A stretch of 63,659 nt of DNA, counting the filler, from Octopus bimaculoides (lineage: Eukaryota): the NCBI RefSeq assembly GCF_001194135.2. It is 7 parts of 7 records of this genome, joined end to end, with 100 filler letters (N's around TTAATTAATTAA, not from the genome) between each part and the next. Parts side by side here need not be neighbours in the genome. Positions count along the whole stretch, not along the records: positions 1 to 31,872 come from NC_068982.1; positions 31,973 to 40,232 come from NC_068992.1; positions 40,333 to 50,379 come from NC_068988.1; 4 more parts are not named here. One strand, written 5' to 3'. Positions 25,957 to 40,872 of this stretch are shown here, piece after piece. The position numbers were made by a program, and so were the translations under genes. Position 1 is the stretch's first letter; each line of letters starts with the position of its first letter. The notes beneath the pieces are model-generated. The model saw nothing but the letters and a program-made list of their open reading frames with translations, was not told the origin of the DNA and did not search any database.

Positions 25957-28838
25957 GAGGGGTGAGAGATATTGCAATGAGCTTAAACTTTTATAGCATT
26001 ATAAGGTTATAATATATTCTATATTATCAGTCATAAAAGGATAAAACATCTGCTGCAGGAAAGAAAATGATATAAACAACTTGTAATTAGCTTCTTTATG
26101 TCGTCATCTCACTCTAAAGAATCAAAATTTAATTTCTCTTGGCATAAATTTTATGTGTTTACCCTTGCTCTCTCTCTCTCTCTCATGGATAATTAGTGAT
26201 TTATATAACACCCATCAAGATGTGAATTTAAATTTGACTTCTATTTGAATTTTATCTTGGGCTCTTTTCAGTGAGATAAAATGTATACAAAAATGTGTAA
26301 TGATACTTAACAACTTCCGCGCCATGTGAAATGAATGCAGCAGTGAATACTCTCATGAATGAACACGCCAAATGATTTGAATATTGTCACAGAACGAAAG
26401 CTTTCGGTGTTGTAAATTTCTTCCAGTGGTAGAGGAGCATTTTATGAATGAAAATAATATATTTAATTAATTATAATCTCTTTTACGAAAACTAGTCCAT
26501 AAATACAAAATGAATTTAATAAAATTAGAGATACTTTACCTCAAGTAGAAACTGCAAGAATTATATAAAGATGGCACAAATATATGCATTGGTGGAAGTG
26601 ACCCGGGTATACGCATTGATGGAATGTCTTCTGTATCTGAAGCAGCCATCTTCGAAAAAACATGTTTCTCCAGTATACCTTACCTGAGTGGAAGAGGAAA
26701 ACCTCCATACTAATCTTCACTTGTAGAAGGTTTTCAACTGTGGCCCCTCGTCAACCACAACTACATTGATCTTGTCTCAGCTGCATGTTATCTACCCACT
26801 TACTGCTTTGAATTATCCAAACCGAGCTGCGCCAAGAAGGTACTGAGAAGCTATGGGAGCCCACTGAGGGTCTGAGGCCGCGTGTGTTTGGGTGGATGTA
26901 TGTGTTGTGTGTATGTGTGTATGTGTGTGTGTGTGTTTTGTGTGCGCGTGTGTGTGTGTGTGTGTGTGTGTGATCCTAGGAAAGTACATTGTGAATCAAG
27001 CCAACCTTCTCAGAGGGGTTTGAGTCCAGCTACCAAAAATATGTCTGTGTGCCAAAAGGATTGAAACTGCTTACTTCCAAGTTAGTTTTCCGGGAATTGA
27101 CTGATTTGCGCATTTCTGTTCCAAAGTATGTAGAAGTAATATAAAAATTTGCACAAGTAAGCATGTGCAGGAAAATTTAGAGTGAAAATTATAATAGTAT
27201 AATTAAGTAAATTAAATTATGACTGCGTGCATATATATGTGTAAGCGAAAAACATTTTGATTACAACTGAATCGAATATATGTACTCTCAAAAGCTTGGT
27301 ACTTAGTTTCTGATTTCTAATATTTAACGGTGAATTCCGAAAGAATTGATATTTTTTTTTTCTGGTTAAGTAAAATGAGCTATAGGACAAAATATTATAT
27401 TGCCAAATTTGTCTAAAAATGCATTGAAACTTACGATCTTCTTGTCTAATATTTTAAGCATGAAGTCATCGACTAGTGTTTTAGATCGAGTTGTATATCT
27501 TTGTTAGATTGTTACTGTAAATACTTAGTTTCTCATAGCATTATTACCGAAACATTAAAACTCAGTATACAAAGTCATTAAATGAAGTCTGTATATAAGA
27601 AGAGTTTTAGTGAATTAGTCAGTAGACGAGAGAATTTGGTAGAAATTCCTGTTGCCCTTAGTTTTCTTGTTTTTTTTTAATCTAAATAAAAAAAAATTTA
27701 GATATTCCGAAACCAATTATCTATGTCTAAAACAGATTATTTAGTTTGGATAAATGCTCAAGCATGAAAAATATTATTATTGTATATCTGAAAAATCATT
27801 GTCGCACTGAGAATCTGTACGAAATACTTGAAAATCGGATAAAGATTTGTAAAGCTTTAATGGATAGTCATTGTTAGAATGAATATAGCTGTTTCCATTT
27901 ATTGCAATATATAAAGCATAATAGTAACCATTAACAACTTCTCCTCCATTTTCCTACCGCTTACGTAAATGTTGCTATAGATAAAAATGAAATTGTTTTC
28001 CATAGCAAGTTCGTTGAATGGTTTCTATCTGATGATATTCGTTTCTTTTTTTGTTTTGTGGAAATTCGGCTGTACTTCTTTCTTAACTGCTTTTATTTAT
28101 TAGAAAATTACCTAGTTATAGCATGACTTTCATTTTCATGAATAAGATTCCTTTAAAAAGAGGTTTGACAAAACTATGTGACTTAGCAATTTAGAGTTCA
28201 GTGAGATTAGGCTTCTATGGCGATAATATATAAAAAAAAAAGAGAGGTGCAGATGGTCGAACTGATAGCGCTTTTCTCTATCAGACAATCGTTATTATTC
28301 ATATGGCAATATACAATAATATGAGGGTATCGAAAATAATTTCCAAACCCTATTTTCACATAATTTTACTGTTAAGGAAATGAACTGCTAATGAAAGTGA
28401 ACAAATAAAAACGTAACTGATGAGGCTGTAGACGTAGTTGCCATAATATGCTTTGTTAGTCAGAATTTTCATACACCATGTTGGGAGATTCAATTTGAAA
28501 CAAACAAAATTGGCCGAGCAGCACAATACTTTATATGGCAAACATTTCAATGCAGATAATCACAGTACCAACTGAGAAATGGTTTTAAATAAATTTCGTG
28601 ATAAAAACAGAGACAAAATCATCATAAAATTTAGGTTTACTCTATGAGATAACTCCCAGTTATGAATATGTTTTTTTAAAATCTGTGACAACAGAAATGG
28701 TAGATAATAGATTTTTATAAAAATGAAAACATGCCAAATTTTATGAAAAATTGTTTTGCTCTACTGGAAATATACACATATTTTTAATGAATGGATCTAT
28801 CATACATCGATACATCGACAAAACTTAAACATACATAC

Positions 28839-28882
<44 letters not shown>

Positions 28883-30306
28883 GCATGTATGCATGTATGT
28901 GTAGAGCGAGAGAGAGAGAGGGGGAGAGAGAACAGAACTAGGAAGCCCAATAGACGCAGGTGGGCATAAAGCGTGTATTTACGTTTGTACGGGGAACACA
29001 ACATACAGATGTCAGATTAAAAGAAAGAACCTATCTATGTTATGTTTACTAATTGCTATAAACAAGAGTTCATGGTCGTGTTAGATTCATTGGGCTACGG
29101 GGTAAATTTGATTGAGGAGGCACTCAACAAGTTCGAAATACCGTGGTGTTTTGAAGTCCCTTTATACCGGTTAATTCCGTCTGTTATGAACATACATCGT
29201 CTGAAGGGAAAGGTTCTCCAATAATGCAAAACAACAGTGGTTATAATATTTATGTTCGAATCGGCCAAAACGTATAAAGAATGGATACGCTACTGTTTGG
29301 AGTGTAGCTGGTCTACGCTCAAATTACGAACCTTTTTCTCCAAATATTTGTTATAATTTCTACAAAATATAGAGTTAATCAGCGTCGCAATTAGGGCTAC
29401 TCGCCCACTCCTCACAAAAGTGCACGATACCCCATGCTTTATGTCCACTTACATTTCTTATAAATAAATACATTTCTAATAAATAAATAGGCGCGCTCGT
29501 GCACGCATGTGCGCGCACGCACACACGCACGCACACATTCACACACACACACACAGGTGTGTGTGTGTGTGTATGTGTGTGTATGTGTGTACATATGCGC
29601 ATCTGTATCTTCTGGGTTGGCTGGCGTGCATGACAGCAAACAATAGCGAAGAACTAAAGAAGAAAGTAGATTTTAGAGAAAGGACTACATTGAGGGTCTT
29701 ACTTGTCTTCACGGGTGACCATCAAGTCTTAAGTAGATGCATTCTTGTCATATGTATATGAACCATATTCATGCATACGTTTACAGATATACAATAACAA
29801 AAGAGGCAAAAACATGCACCTCAAATAGAAAGCATGTGCAGTTATACACATGTGCAACTGTATGAACAATAATTGGAAATATAACTTTTCTACTGAAACG
29901 ATGGCTATGTATTGCAGAGATGAATATTTCTTATGCAAATACAATTTCTACATTTCGCTGATTTTCATTTGGATTTCATCAATTGAATTACGCTCTATTT
30001 CATTGACTGATTGCGCAGAGTATTGAAATAATCGAAAAAAGAAATCGAAAGCTATATATTTCTTGTATTTGTTTGAATTTATATCATGAGAGAGTTTGAG
30101 TATGAGATGCAAATTTGTTGGGAATATACCTAGCCCGAAAGAATGATTTATCTTATACGCAGTTATAAACATAAATGGTTCGTATATATCGACAAACATA
30201 CAAACACACACACTCACACACAAACACACACACACAGATCACAAATACTCATGCGTACATTTACACATACCAAACACGGATACCTTATTATATTATATTA
30301 TACATA

Positions 30307-30541
30307 CAGGGTGGCCCAAAAGTAGGTTTACAGTTATCACGTAAGCATTTTAAATTTATTTAAAAATATTTTATTACATTTAAATTTGTATCTTACAAAC
30401 TGAAAAGGGAGTTAACAAAATTAACTAAACTAGCATAGAATAATGGTTTCATATTTCTTTATAATTAAGATCTAAACTGTTAATATATGAATGCGAAAGA
30501 CATAGTTTGAATAACTGTAAACCTACTTTTGGGCCACCCTG
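30307..30541. mobile_element. Tc1/mariner-type MITE, 235 bp
   Basis: Perfect 31-bp TIR CAGGGTGGCCCAAAAGTAGGTTTACAGTTAT, flanked by TA on both sides, AT-rich interior. Confidence 0.9.
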
Positions 30542-30802
30542 TATTATACACGCATACATTACATATATGTATGTTTATATATATATGTATACACACACAG
30601 GCATACATACATNNNNNNNNNNNNNNNNNNNNNNNNNNNNNNNNNNNNNNNNNNNNNNNNNNNNNNNNNNNNNNNNNNNNNNNNNNNNNNNNNNNNNNNN
30701 NNNNNNNNNNNNNNNNNNNNNNNNNNNNNNNNNNNNNNNNNNNNNNNNNNNNNNNNNNNNNNNNNNNNNNNNNNNNNNNNNNNNNNATATAAATATATAT
30801 AC

Positions 30803-30836
<34 letters not shown>

Positions 30837-31827
30837 TTATTTGTGTATATATATGTGTGTGATATATATATAAATGCATATATAAAAAATACAGACAATA
30901 GAAATATACGCATGTGTGGGTGGGTGTCAGAGAGAGTGTGTGTATGTGTGTGTGTGTGTGTGTGCGTGTGTGTGTGTGTGTGTCTGTGTGTGTGTGTCTG
31001 TGTCTGTGTGGTTGGATGATTCTGTCGGCGCGTGTTATGGTTACTTCACTTTTATGATTTCCGCTAGTTTCTCTTTTTCTTCGTAGTTGCACACCAAGTT
31101 TCCATTAAATTTTTCTCTTATCTATCTTCTCTTCAGAAATATATGATTTCGTTTTTGCTTTATTTTGAGTAATTTTTGTTTCTTTCTCACAGCTTAATCA
31201 CTGCGAGGACAAAATATATCTCCTTAAATGATTATAACGCTAATAAATGTTACTGTGTTTGCATTGTTTCATTTCTTTATTTTATTTATTTTACTTCTGT
31301 TTGTTGTTTTGCTGTTTTGCTTTAGCATTTTTTTCTTATATTCACTAACATTTCACGCCCTTACTTGTTGATAGAATCCTTATAAAAATCGAAACTTATT
31401 GAAGTGGTATATTACAACAGTTGTAATTGATTTGTATTAGTTTGTGTTATTTTTTTCTTTCCCAATTATTTCGTTTCTGTTTTTTACTTGTTTTTAATTA
31501 TTTCACATGGAAATATTTCCTTACATTAAATTGCGTTCATTTAAATGCTCAAAATAATTAGTTTTACTGCTGGGTATCTAGGTGCAAATATCCTCTATCG
31601 AAATAGCAGCAAATCAAATTGTTTATCAGCAAAAAGTCATGATTTGTTACGGGTAGGAGCTGAGTAATTACATAATTTTAATTATTTCTGGCATGTTTAT
31701 GTTCAGGAATGATACTGCAATGAGAAGGAAGAAGAAATATTTATTAAGCACCTCGGCTATATCTAATAGAAAATTGGATAACAGAAAAAGTTATGCGTAA
31801 GAAACCATAAATACATACATACATATG

Positions 31828-31866
<39 letters not shown>

Positions 31867-31872
31867 TATATA

Positions 31873-31972
31873 NNNNNNNNNNNNNNNNNNNNNNNNNNNN
31901 NNNNNNNNNNNNNNNNTTAATTAATTAANNNNNNNNNNNNNNNNNNNNNNNNNNNNNNNNNNNNNNNNNNNN
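31873..31972. other. Artificial scaffold-join linker N44-TTAATTAATTAA-N44 (also at 40233, 50380, 56085, 59071, 61793)
   Basis: The same 100-bp construct occurs six times. TTAATTAATTAA puts stop codons in all six frames. Confidence 0.95.
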
Positions 31973-32079
31973 ATATATATAGGGATAGAGCGAGAGCGAA
32001 AGAGAGGTAAAGAGACGCACAGCTACAGTTTAAGTAAACTACTGAGTGAAGCTAAAAATCACAGACTAGAGTATTTTCT

Positions 32080-32191
32080 TCATTCAATATTTAAAGAACT
32101 GACACAGCATGGAGAACAACCCAATGTATTATGAAGATATTCATTGTAGATAGATCGGCATCGAGCTACAAATACTCTCTTGCTGACCTTC
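32080..32191 (-). CDS. Probable terminal coding exon of the same EF-hand-like gene: (G)KVSKRVFVARCRSIYNEYLHNTLGCSPCCVSSLNIE*
   Basis: Strong acceptor tgcatttcttacag|G. The phase-2 join to the 51063 donor gives ...LDSGQDG-KVSKRVFV, which completes an EF-hand-like loop. TGA at 32080-32082. The ~18.9-kb intron crosses two artificial scaffold linkers. Confidence 0.6.
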
Positions 32192-34360
32192 CTGTAAGAA
32201 ATGCAGTGAACGAGTGTCTGTCAATTTAAGATTGATGAGGGTAATATTTACACAATGTGATTTAAACTTTTATAAAAATACACAGGCATTTAAGACTTTT
32301 GGATGTGTAGGACATACCGTTGCAAACAATACACATCAATTAAACCACATTATATCACATACACATCGATATTAGTACAGTATTTTGTATTCCATTATCA
32401 TTTTGTATAAAACTACACTATGTTATATAGATATTTTATAAATATATTTGTATTTAGCTGAAACCAATGAAAAAGTTGCCACGTTGGTTTGGGTTACCTC
32501 CCTTCAGGTTTATTTTATCTGTTTTTCCGGTTGACAAGTATTGACAAATAATATAATTACCAGAAGCTATATAACTGTGTACGAACCTAAAATGTTTTCA
32601 CCTGCATTTGCGGTCTTATGATTATCACGCCTGAATTATAAACACTTAGAAAACGTTCCTCATCTACGCACGTTATTAATTTTGTGAAACAGGAACATAT
32701 TATGCGTACATCTTTCGTCTCAGTATTACCGATGAAATCTAAGGAATGTGATTTCATATCAGTGAAACTTGCGTCTAAGCCCCCCATCACAATGAGCGTA
32801 CACCATTTTTGTTTTTAGTTTTTTTTCTAATCATGTCTTAGATACGCTGAGTTAATCAGTACGTTTAAATTCCAAAACCTGAGGATTCTTCGAGCCAGTA
32901 TTGCATCTGAGTTTATCTGCTATCAAGATATAACCGTTTGTTCATTATTTGAACGTACCTAACTTTCGGAATCAGAGTGCTTTAGAACAAATCATTGGAA
33001 TATGTATTTCTAAAACATAGGGTAGAATTACAATTAGTTACTTTAATATAATAATCAGACGCATTAATGGTCTTTTATTTGGCTTGCTTTTTTTTTTCTA
33101 AATACCTACATTGATTTCATCACTACGTTCTTAATACTTTCTCTCTACTTTCCAACTTATTCTGTTCTTCGTCTCTAAACTTTATATGATTAGTTTCTGC
33201 ACAAATATATATGCATATGTAAATATATATGAGTATGTATGTATGTATGTATCTATCTATCTATCTATCTATCTACTTATCTATCTATAAATGCACATAC
33301 ACACACATACACACACACACACACATACATACACACACACACACACACACATATATANNNNNNNNNNNNNNNNNNNNNNNNNNNNNNNNNNNNNNNNNNN
33401 NNNNNNNNNNNNNNNNNNNNNNNNNNNNNNNNNNNNNNNNNNNNNNNNNNNNNNNNNNNNNNNNNNNNNNNNNNNNNNNNNNNNNNNNNNNNNNNNNNNN
33501 NNNNNNNNNNNNNNNNNNNNNNNNNNNNNNNNNNNNNNNNNNNNNNNNNNNNNNNNNNTATATATGTGTGTATGTATGTATGTATGTATGTATGTACGTA
33601 TATATATTTGTGTGTATGCATTTCTTGCTTTAGAGATATGTCGTTATGTAAACCAAAACAATTCTTCAACTATTGCCAAAGAATCATATCAGTAAAACCC
33701 CGTTGTTATTCTTTTGTTATTTGACTTCTGGATTTCTACACTTCATCGATTGCTTATGAATAGTAGATATGCATCTCTAGTTGGAGCTTAGCAAACAAAG
33801 ATATAGACCGGTTTCAGATTAGGTCAAGTAATATGGAATTTGTGCATTGCTCAATTCAATATTTCGCTATATTCTCTATACTATAATTGGCAATTGCAGT
33901 GATAATACCACCAAGCACTGGCAATAGGAAGCTTGTGTAGACAGGAAAATTACGATAAGCCTAAGACTTCTGTAAAACTTATTTCTGCAATTCGCATATG
34001 CGCAATTCATATTTTCTTTTCTATCGATCCACCTCAAATTTCAGAGCAACCATCTCCAAACCCTCACTCATGCAAAACTCTAATTATGTTATACTTGGTC
34101 ATAAAGTTGATCGATGTCCCTTCCCTTCGCCAATTTATGTACTGCATTTCTCTTCGGCTTTATAATCCAGACTACTCATTATCTTTCTCTAAACTCCTCC
34201 TACTCACACACTTTTCCAGCTCTACGTATAATATTACATATCCCCGTCTACTTCCAACCCGTCTTTTTCTATCTTACCCGGCCACTATTTCTTTTCATAA
34301 ACCCACACATGCGCACATACAGGTCACGCTCTTTGTCTCTGCATCTCTTGCCCCATATAT

Positions 34361-34400
<40 letters not shown>

Positions 34401-36249
34401 NNNNNNNNNNNNNNNNNNNNNNNNNNNNNNNNNNNNNNNNNNNNNNNNNNNNNNNNNNNNNNNNNNNNNNNNNNNNNNNNNNNNNNNNNNNNNNNNNNNN
34501 NNNNNNNNNNNNNNNNNNNNNNNNNNNNNNNNNNNNNNNNNNNNNNNNNNNNNNNNNNNNNNNNNNNNNNNNNNNNNNNNNNNNNNNNNNNNNNNNNNNN
34601 NNNNNNNNNNNNNNNNNNNNNNNNNNNNNNNNNNNNNNNNNNNNNNNNNNNNNNNNNNNNNNNNNNNNNNNNNNNNNNNNNNNNNNNNNNNNNNNNNNNN
34701 NNNNNNNNNNNNNNNNNNNNNNNNNNNNNNNNNNNNNNNNNNNNNNNNNNNNNNNNNNNNNNNNNNNNNNNNNNNNNNNNNNNNNNNNNNNNNNNNNNNN
34801 NNNNNNNNNNNNNNNNNNNNNNNNNNNNNNNNNNNNNNNNNNNNNNNNNNNNNNNNTGTGTGTGTGTGTGTACGTAATATTTCCTACATTTTTATTTTTA
34901 TCATTTTTGCGGCAGACTTCGTTTCGTCTTTTTATTCCGTTTCATTTTCTTTCTTTGATTTCCTTCATGAATAGTCGCCCTATCTCCTCTCCCATTTATT
35001 TTCATTTGGATTTCATGTTTTGACATTTTTACTGCCATTATATGCATTTCCCGCTCGTTCATTCTGTGTGTGCATGTGTGTATACACTGGTATGTATCTA
35101 CGTATATCTTCAGATGTTTGTATATATGAGCGCAGAAAAAAAAAACTTAGAGCATAATGCTAAATCTAGATGTTAGGCCAAGTAAAGGAAAATAGAATTA
35201 TACATAAGAAGTAGACGAGGGAAAAATATGAAACAAAATATAAATTTGAAAAGTCAGTCGTTTAGGGAATAATTCAAAGATATTACCAATCCTACTTTTG
35301 AGAAATAAGTGATTTTGAAAGATTCCGGGCGAGCATATTAGGAGGAAGTGATTTTCGCCTTGTCAATAATCAGTCGAAAGTTGAAAGCGATCCAAAAGTT
35401 AACATTGACCGTTGTATGTATAATATGTAAACGTTGTTTCAGAAAAATATCTTAGCGAGGTTTACCAGGAAACTGCAACAGCAACAATAATAATGGCTAC
35501 AAAAAATAAAAAAAATAACAATAGCAAAAAACAAAAACCAGCATTGAGAGCAGGAAAAAATGAACAAAAGACAGTGAATAAAAACTAAAATCAAAACCAG
35601 AACAGAGATCGATAGAAAAGAGAAAAAAAATAATCAAAAAAAAGAAACCTGCAGAATATATCCATCAATAATGCTGTGGTTGTGTGGCAGCAGCTACAGA
35701 GCATTATCAAATAAAGAAACTGTGTTTTGTTTAAAAGAAGCCAAATCAGTTTACGTATGTATATATAGACAATCAGAGGGGAAAGAATATGTGTATAAAT
35801 ACGGGTGTACAAACTTCAGTATATGTGTGTATTCATTTATCTCTATATGATCACACAAACACACACACAGACATATATATTTAGATATATAAATATACAT
35901 GTGTATATATATATATATATATATATATNNNNNNNNNNNNNNNNNNNNNNNNNNNNNNNNNNNNNNNNNNNNNNNNNNNNNNNNNNNNNNNNNNNNNNNN
36001 NNNNNNNNNNNNNNNNNNNNNNNNNNNNNNNNNNNNNNNNNNNNNNNNNNNNNNNNNNNNNNNNNNNNNNNNNNNNNNNNNNNNNNNNNNNNNNNNNNNN
36101 NNNNNNNNNNNNNNNNNNNNNNNNNNNNNNNNNNNNNNNNNNNNNNNNNNNNNNNNNNNNNNNNNNNNNNNNNNNNNNNNNNNNNNNNNNNNNNNNNNNN
36201 NNNNNNNNNNNNNNNNNNNNNNNNNNNNNNNNNNNNNNNNNNNNNNNNN

Positions 36250-36323
<74 letters not shown>

Positions 36324-36869
36324 ATGTATGTATACACAAACAGACAACTGAGAAAAATTATTGTTATGAATATTGCTCATTATTTTATTATTTCTTGTTA
36401 TTTCTAGTCAACCATTGAACCATTCATTTAATTATGCGCGCACACTTGGATATCTACATACGTTTATACCTTGTTAAACACATTTCTGCGCACAACCACA
36501 CACATTCATAATTATAAAAGCAGCCAGATACAAAGATCAATAGGTAGATAGACAAATATGTGCGTGTGTCCATTTGCGCGCGTGTATGTGTGTGTGTGTG
36601 TGTTTCTATGTGTGAGCATTGATTTTTATTCGTGATTTTTCCGCTCATTATAAGAGTAAGTTTACGTATTTTGATGTAACATTTAGTATGTTTCGAACAA
36701 TTGCGCTTGTATTTAATTGGCCTGTCTATTTTGTATTTCTTATATCAATAGTTCATATATATCTAGCACTGCTACAATTATCACTAAGAGCAACATAAAT
36801 AAGAAGAAAAATAAATTAGTGGCAGTAGTGGTAGTGGTAGTGGTAGAAATAATAATAATACTGTTACAG

Positions 36870-37250
36870 GCACAAAGCCTGAAATTTGCGGGAGGGGTAT
36901 AGTCGATTACATTGACCATACTACTCCACTGGTAATAAGTTTACCGACCCCGAAAGGATAAAAGGTAAAGTCGACCTCAGTGGGATTTGAACCCAGAACG
37001 TAGCGCCGTCTTAGTGGTAGATTTAATAATGGCTTCAAATTTTGGTAGGAAACAGAAAGTTTTGGGGGAGGGTAAGAATCGATAATAGAGCGGTCCCAAC
37101 TATTCAAGCTGTACTTATTTTATTGATCCCTAAAGGATGAGAGACAAAATTTACCTCGGCAGAATTTGACCTCATAAGGTGAAGAGAGGCGAAATGCTGC
37201 TGAGCATTTTGCCCGGCTTCCTCACGAGTCTGCCAGCTCACCACCTCAAC
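36870..37250 (-). mobile_element. Two tandem SINE family D copies
   Basis: gaccccgaaaggataaaaggtaaagtcgacc at ~36950 and gtacttattttattgatccctaaaggatga at ~37110. Confidence 0.6.
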
Positions 37251-37258
37251 AGTAATAA

Positions 37259-37261
37259 TGG

Positions 37262-37300
<39 letters not shown>

Positions 37301-37360
37301 GGATGATGATGATGATGATGATGATGCTAACAATAATAATAATAACAATAATAAAAAATA

Positions 37361-37394
<34 letters not shown>
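37259..37394. repeat. (GAT)n and (AAT)n microsatellites
   Basis: Direct reading of the sequence. They produce spurious poly-D and poly-N ORFs. Confidence 0.95.
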
Positions 37395-37843
37395 NNNNNN
37401 NNNNNNNNNNNNNNNNNNNNNNNNNNNNNNNNNNNNNNNNNNNNNNNNNNNNNNNNNNNNNNNNNNNNNNNNNNNNNNNNNNNNNNNNNNNNNNNNNNNN
37501 NNNNNNNNNNNNNNNNNNNNNNNNNNNNNNNNNNNNNNNNNNNNNNNNNNNNNNNNNNNNNNNNNNNNNNNNNNNNNNNNNNNNNNNNNNNNNNNNNNNN
37601 NNNNNNNNNNNNNNNNNNNNNNNNNNNNNNNNNNNNNNNNNNNNNNNNNNNNNNNNNNNNNNNNNNNNNNNNNNNNNNNNNNNNNNNNNNNNNNNNNNNN
37701 NNNNNNNNNNNNNNNNNNNNNNNNNNNNNNNNNNNNNNNNNNNNNNNNNNNNNNNNNNNNNNNNNNNNNNNNNNNNNNNNNNNNNNNNNNNNNNNNNNNN
37801 NNNNNNNNNNNNNNNNNNNNNNNNNNNNNNNNNNNNNNNNNNN

Positions 37844-37850
37844 AATAATG

Positions 37851-37890
<40 letters not shown>

Positions 37891-38390
37891 TAATAATAAT
37901 ATATGCCTGATGCAGTACCAGGCAGTGGCTCTCATGGCTTCTGATCTTAATTGATTGGAAGTGTTATATCATGTACGTTGTTTTGTCGTGGTATAAAAGA
38001 TGGGCGACAGCAAATATTCTGCTCAATACTACAGATCTGCTTGTCAGTTGTTTGACCTTAACCGGTTGAGCATGTCCCTTGGTGGCTGACGAAATACCGC
38101 TAAGCATTTCGCCCGTGCTAACGTTTCTGCCAGCTGGCCACATTCCTGTATTGAATATATTTATTTCTTTATTGCCCACATGGGGCTAAACATAAAGGGG
38201 ACAAACAAGGACGGACAGAGGGATGAAATCGATTACATCGACTCCATTGTGTAACTGGTACTTATTTAACTGATCCCGAATGGATGAAAGGCAAAGTCGA
38301 CCGCGGTGGAATTTGAACTCAGAACGTAAAGACAAACGAAATACCGCTTAGCATTTCGCCCGGTGTGCTAATGTTTCGGCAAAATTAATA
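37844..38390 (-). mobile_element. Two SINEs with family-D-like heads and different tails, the left one ending in (AAT)n
   Basis: gaaataccgct.agcatttcgccc..gtgctaa.gttt appears twice (~38090 and ~38340). Confidence 0.6.
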
Positions 38391-38929
38391 TTGATACACA
38401 ATTACTTCGTAATTTATGAGGTATTCTCCAGCGTGCTTATTCCAGCTTTGATTTTATTTGGTTTTAGTATGAAAGATAAGCTCTTTTCTTGTTTCGTATA
38501 GTTTACAAGATAGAAAAATACATACCTTAATATTTAAAAGACTTCGTATACACAGTGAGACTTTTTAGTTTTCCATTAATGGACAGTAAATTTAGATGTA
38601 TATCAGTGTTTTACTTTAGGAATATTTAATTTTGTTAATCTTTTATTTCCTTCAGCCATTAGACTCCGGCCTTGTTGAGGCAGGGCTCTTAAGGGTTTAG
38701 TCAAACAAATCAAAGCGTATTACTTATTTATTTATTTATTCTATTGATAACTTTTGCTGTAACGCAAAGTTACTGGGCCGTTAGCAAACCAACACCAGTT
38801 ATCAAGGAGACAGAGAGAGACAAACACAGAGACACCCACAATTACACGCCCGTACATGCACAAACGTACCAACATACACTGACACATCTATATATTTATC
38901 TATACTCACGCACAAATTGATGTGCACGT

Positions 38930-39001
<72 letters not shown>

Positions 39002-40332
39002 CACACGCCCACACACACACACAGAGGGAGAGAAGGAGAGAGACAGTGAGAGAAAGATGTTTCCAGTGCAAGTAATGGCTCCCACAATAGACATGTTTAT
39101 GGAGAGGATTAGGTTCATTGAATTATTTTGCTTTGTTCATTATGTACATTATTTTTTAATTCCCGTTTGTGTTATAATTACACGACTAGTGCTTTTAGTA
39201 TAAGGTATAGTCATTGCTAATGTACTTTATACTTAATATAATGAACCCTTTGTGATTAGAAATAATCAATAGCATCAGTATGAATGCAGTTCAATTAAGA
39301 CAGGTGAGACAACATAGTAATTTTACTTAATTAAAATTAATGAAAAATCTCATAACGTGTGAACTACGATTTATCGAGACAGTTACATTGACGCGGCGGA
39401 ATCAGTCTTATTTTATCGCGACAGTAAAATATAGTTTTGATAAGACTGTCAGATAAAAATACCTCAAGAACTATACTTACTTAAAAATACTGACAGGAGT
39501 ATGCATTGCCTAACCGTCAGGCTTCAAGTGATATGGTGAGTATCGTTCATTTCACGAGATATGAAAATAACAAGAAGCAATCGTTATGAGGGTACTTTAC
39601 AGAATATCCTAAACTATAATTAATTTCACTTATTCAGATAAATTACGTATTCAGTCATCATTGTTCCAAGGGAATAATGATAACTGAATAAGCAAAATAT
39701 TCGCCTTGTACTAATGTAAGAAATCATTGAACACACTAACATAAATACGTTAATTCCACTAGCTCATTCCTTGCTAGATCCCAAAGCTAGTAAATGATAG
39801 GATTATTGACGTTTAATCATATACTTGGATTTTAATTACATTTACCATAACCTCACATGATTAGGCTATGTTTCAAGACACATTATAAAGTCATATTATG
39901 CTTTCGCAATTGTACATAACAATCGCGTTTATGCCAACAATAATTGGCCATGTAGCTTGCGGTTAGTGACGTGAATAGGTTGCACAAAAACGGCTATTAG
40001 AAATACAACAGGGCGCTTTTAATATTACACTGCATATTTATAACTCATATGAGCAAGGGTAGATTATCTTAAAACCTTGAGATGTCTAGATATGTATTCC
40101 TTTACCTACCTACCTATCTAGTTATTTATCTGTCTATCTATCTACTTATCTATTTGTCTATATTCCTCTGTTTGTGTATCTGGCTACACACAGACACAGA
40201 CACACAGACACGCAGACACACACACACACACANNNNNNNNNNNNNNNNNNNNNNNNNNNNNNNNNNNNNNNNNNNNTTAATTAATTAANNNNNNNNNNNN
40301 NNNNNNNNNNNNNNNNNNNNNNNNNNNNNNNN

Positions 40333-40680
40333 ACTTGGAAGCTCTGCAATGGAGGACACTAATGTATTCTTGAGAGCAAACCCAACACCAGATTCTCTAC
40401 GCTGACCCTTAGGTAGGCCTTTCCAGAAGATAGTATATCCATAAGCAGATTCCATTACTTGACCCTCACCAGAGAGACGAGTTTCAGAGAGAGCAACTAT
40501 ATCAAGGGAATATTTCTTTAGCTCACATGCAATAAGTGCAGTACGCCTTTCTGGCCTCTTCGCGAAATTATCATCAAGAAGTGTGCGCACATTCCAACAG
40601 CCAAAATTCAAACGATGTTTATTTTTACTTTTTCTTGAGGACTGTTTGACCACAGTGGCAGGATGACGACCGGGTCCATA
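40333..40680 (-). mobile_element. RTE (BovB-like) LINE 5' end, endonuclease N-terminus, cut by linker gap
   Basis: Stop-free peptide RLNFGCWNVRTLLDD...RPERRTALIACELKKYSLDIVALSETRLSGEGQ...GYTIFWKG...RESGVGFA matches AP-endonuclease domains I-III of RTE elements. Confidence 0.9.
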
Positions 40681-40736
40681 CATACATACATACATACATA
40701 CATGCATGCAAACATACACATACACAGACACAGATA

Positions 40737-40753
40737 CATCATCATCATCATCA

Positions 40754-40808
<55 letters not shown>

Positions 40809-40810
40809 CA

Positions 40811-40872
<62 letters not shown>
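40737..40872. repeat. (ATC)n(ATT)n trinucleotide microsatellite (LINE tail)
   Basis: Direct reading of the sequence. Confidence 0.95.

Noticed and set aside
28112-28214. Exon-like segments with good splice sites (also 25433-25496 on +, and ~19112-19248 on -)
   Set aside because: Stops in all frames, and such sites arise often in AT-rich DNA. They cannot be supported as UTR or lncRNA exons without RNA data.
32587-32790. 67-aa ORF upstream of the terminal EF-hand exon
   Set aside because: No recognisable motif and no convincing splice sites.
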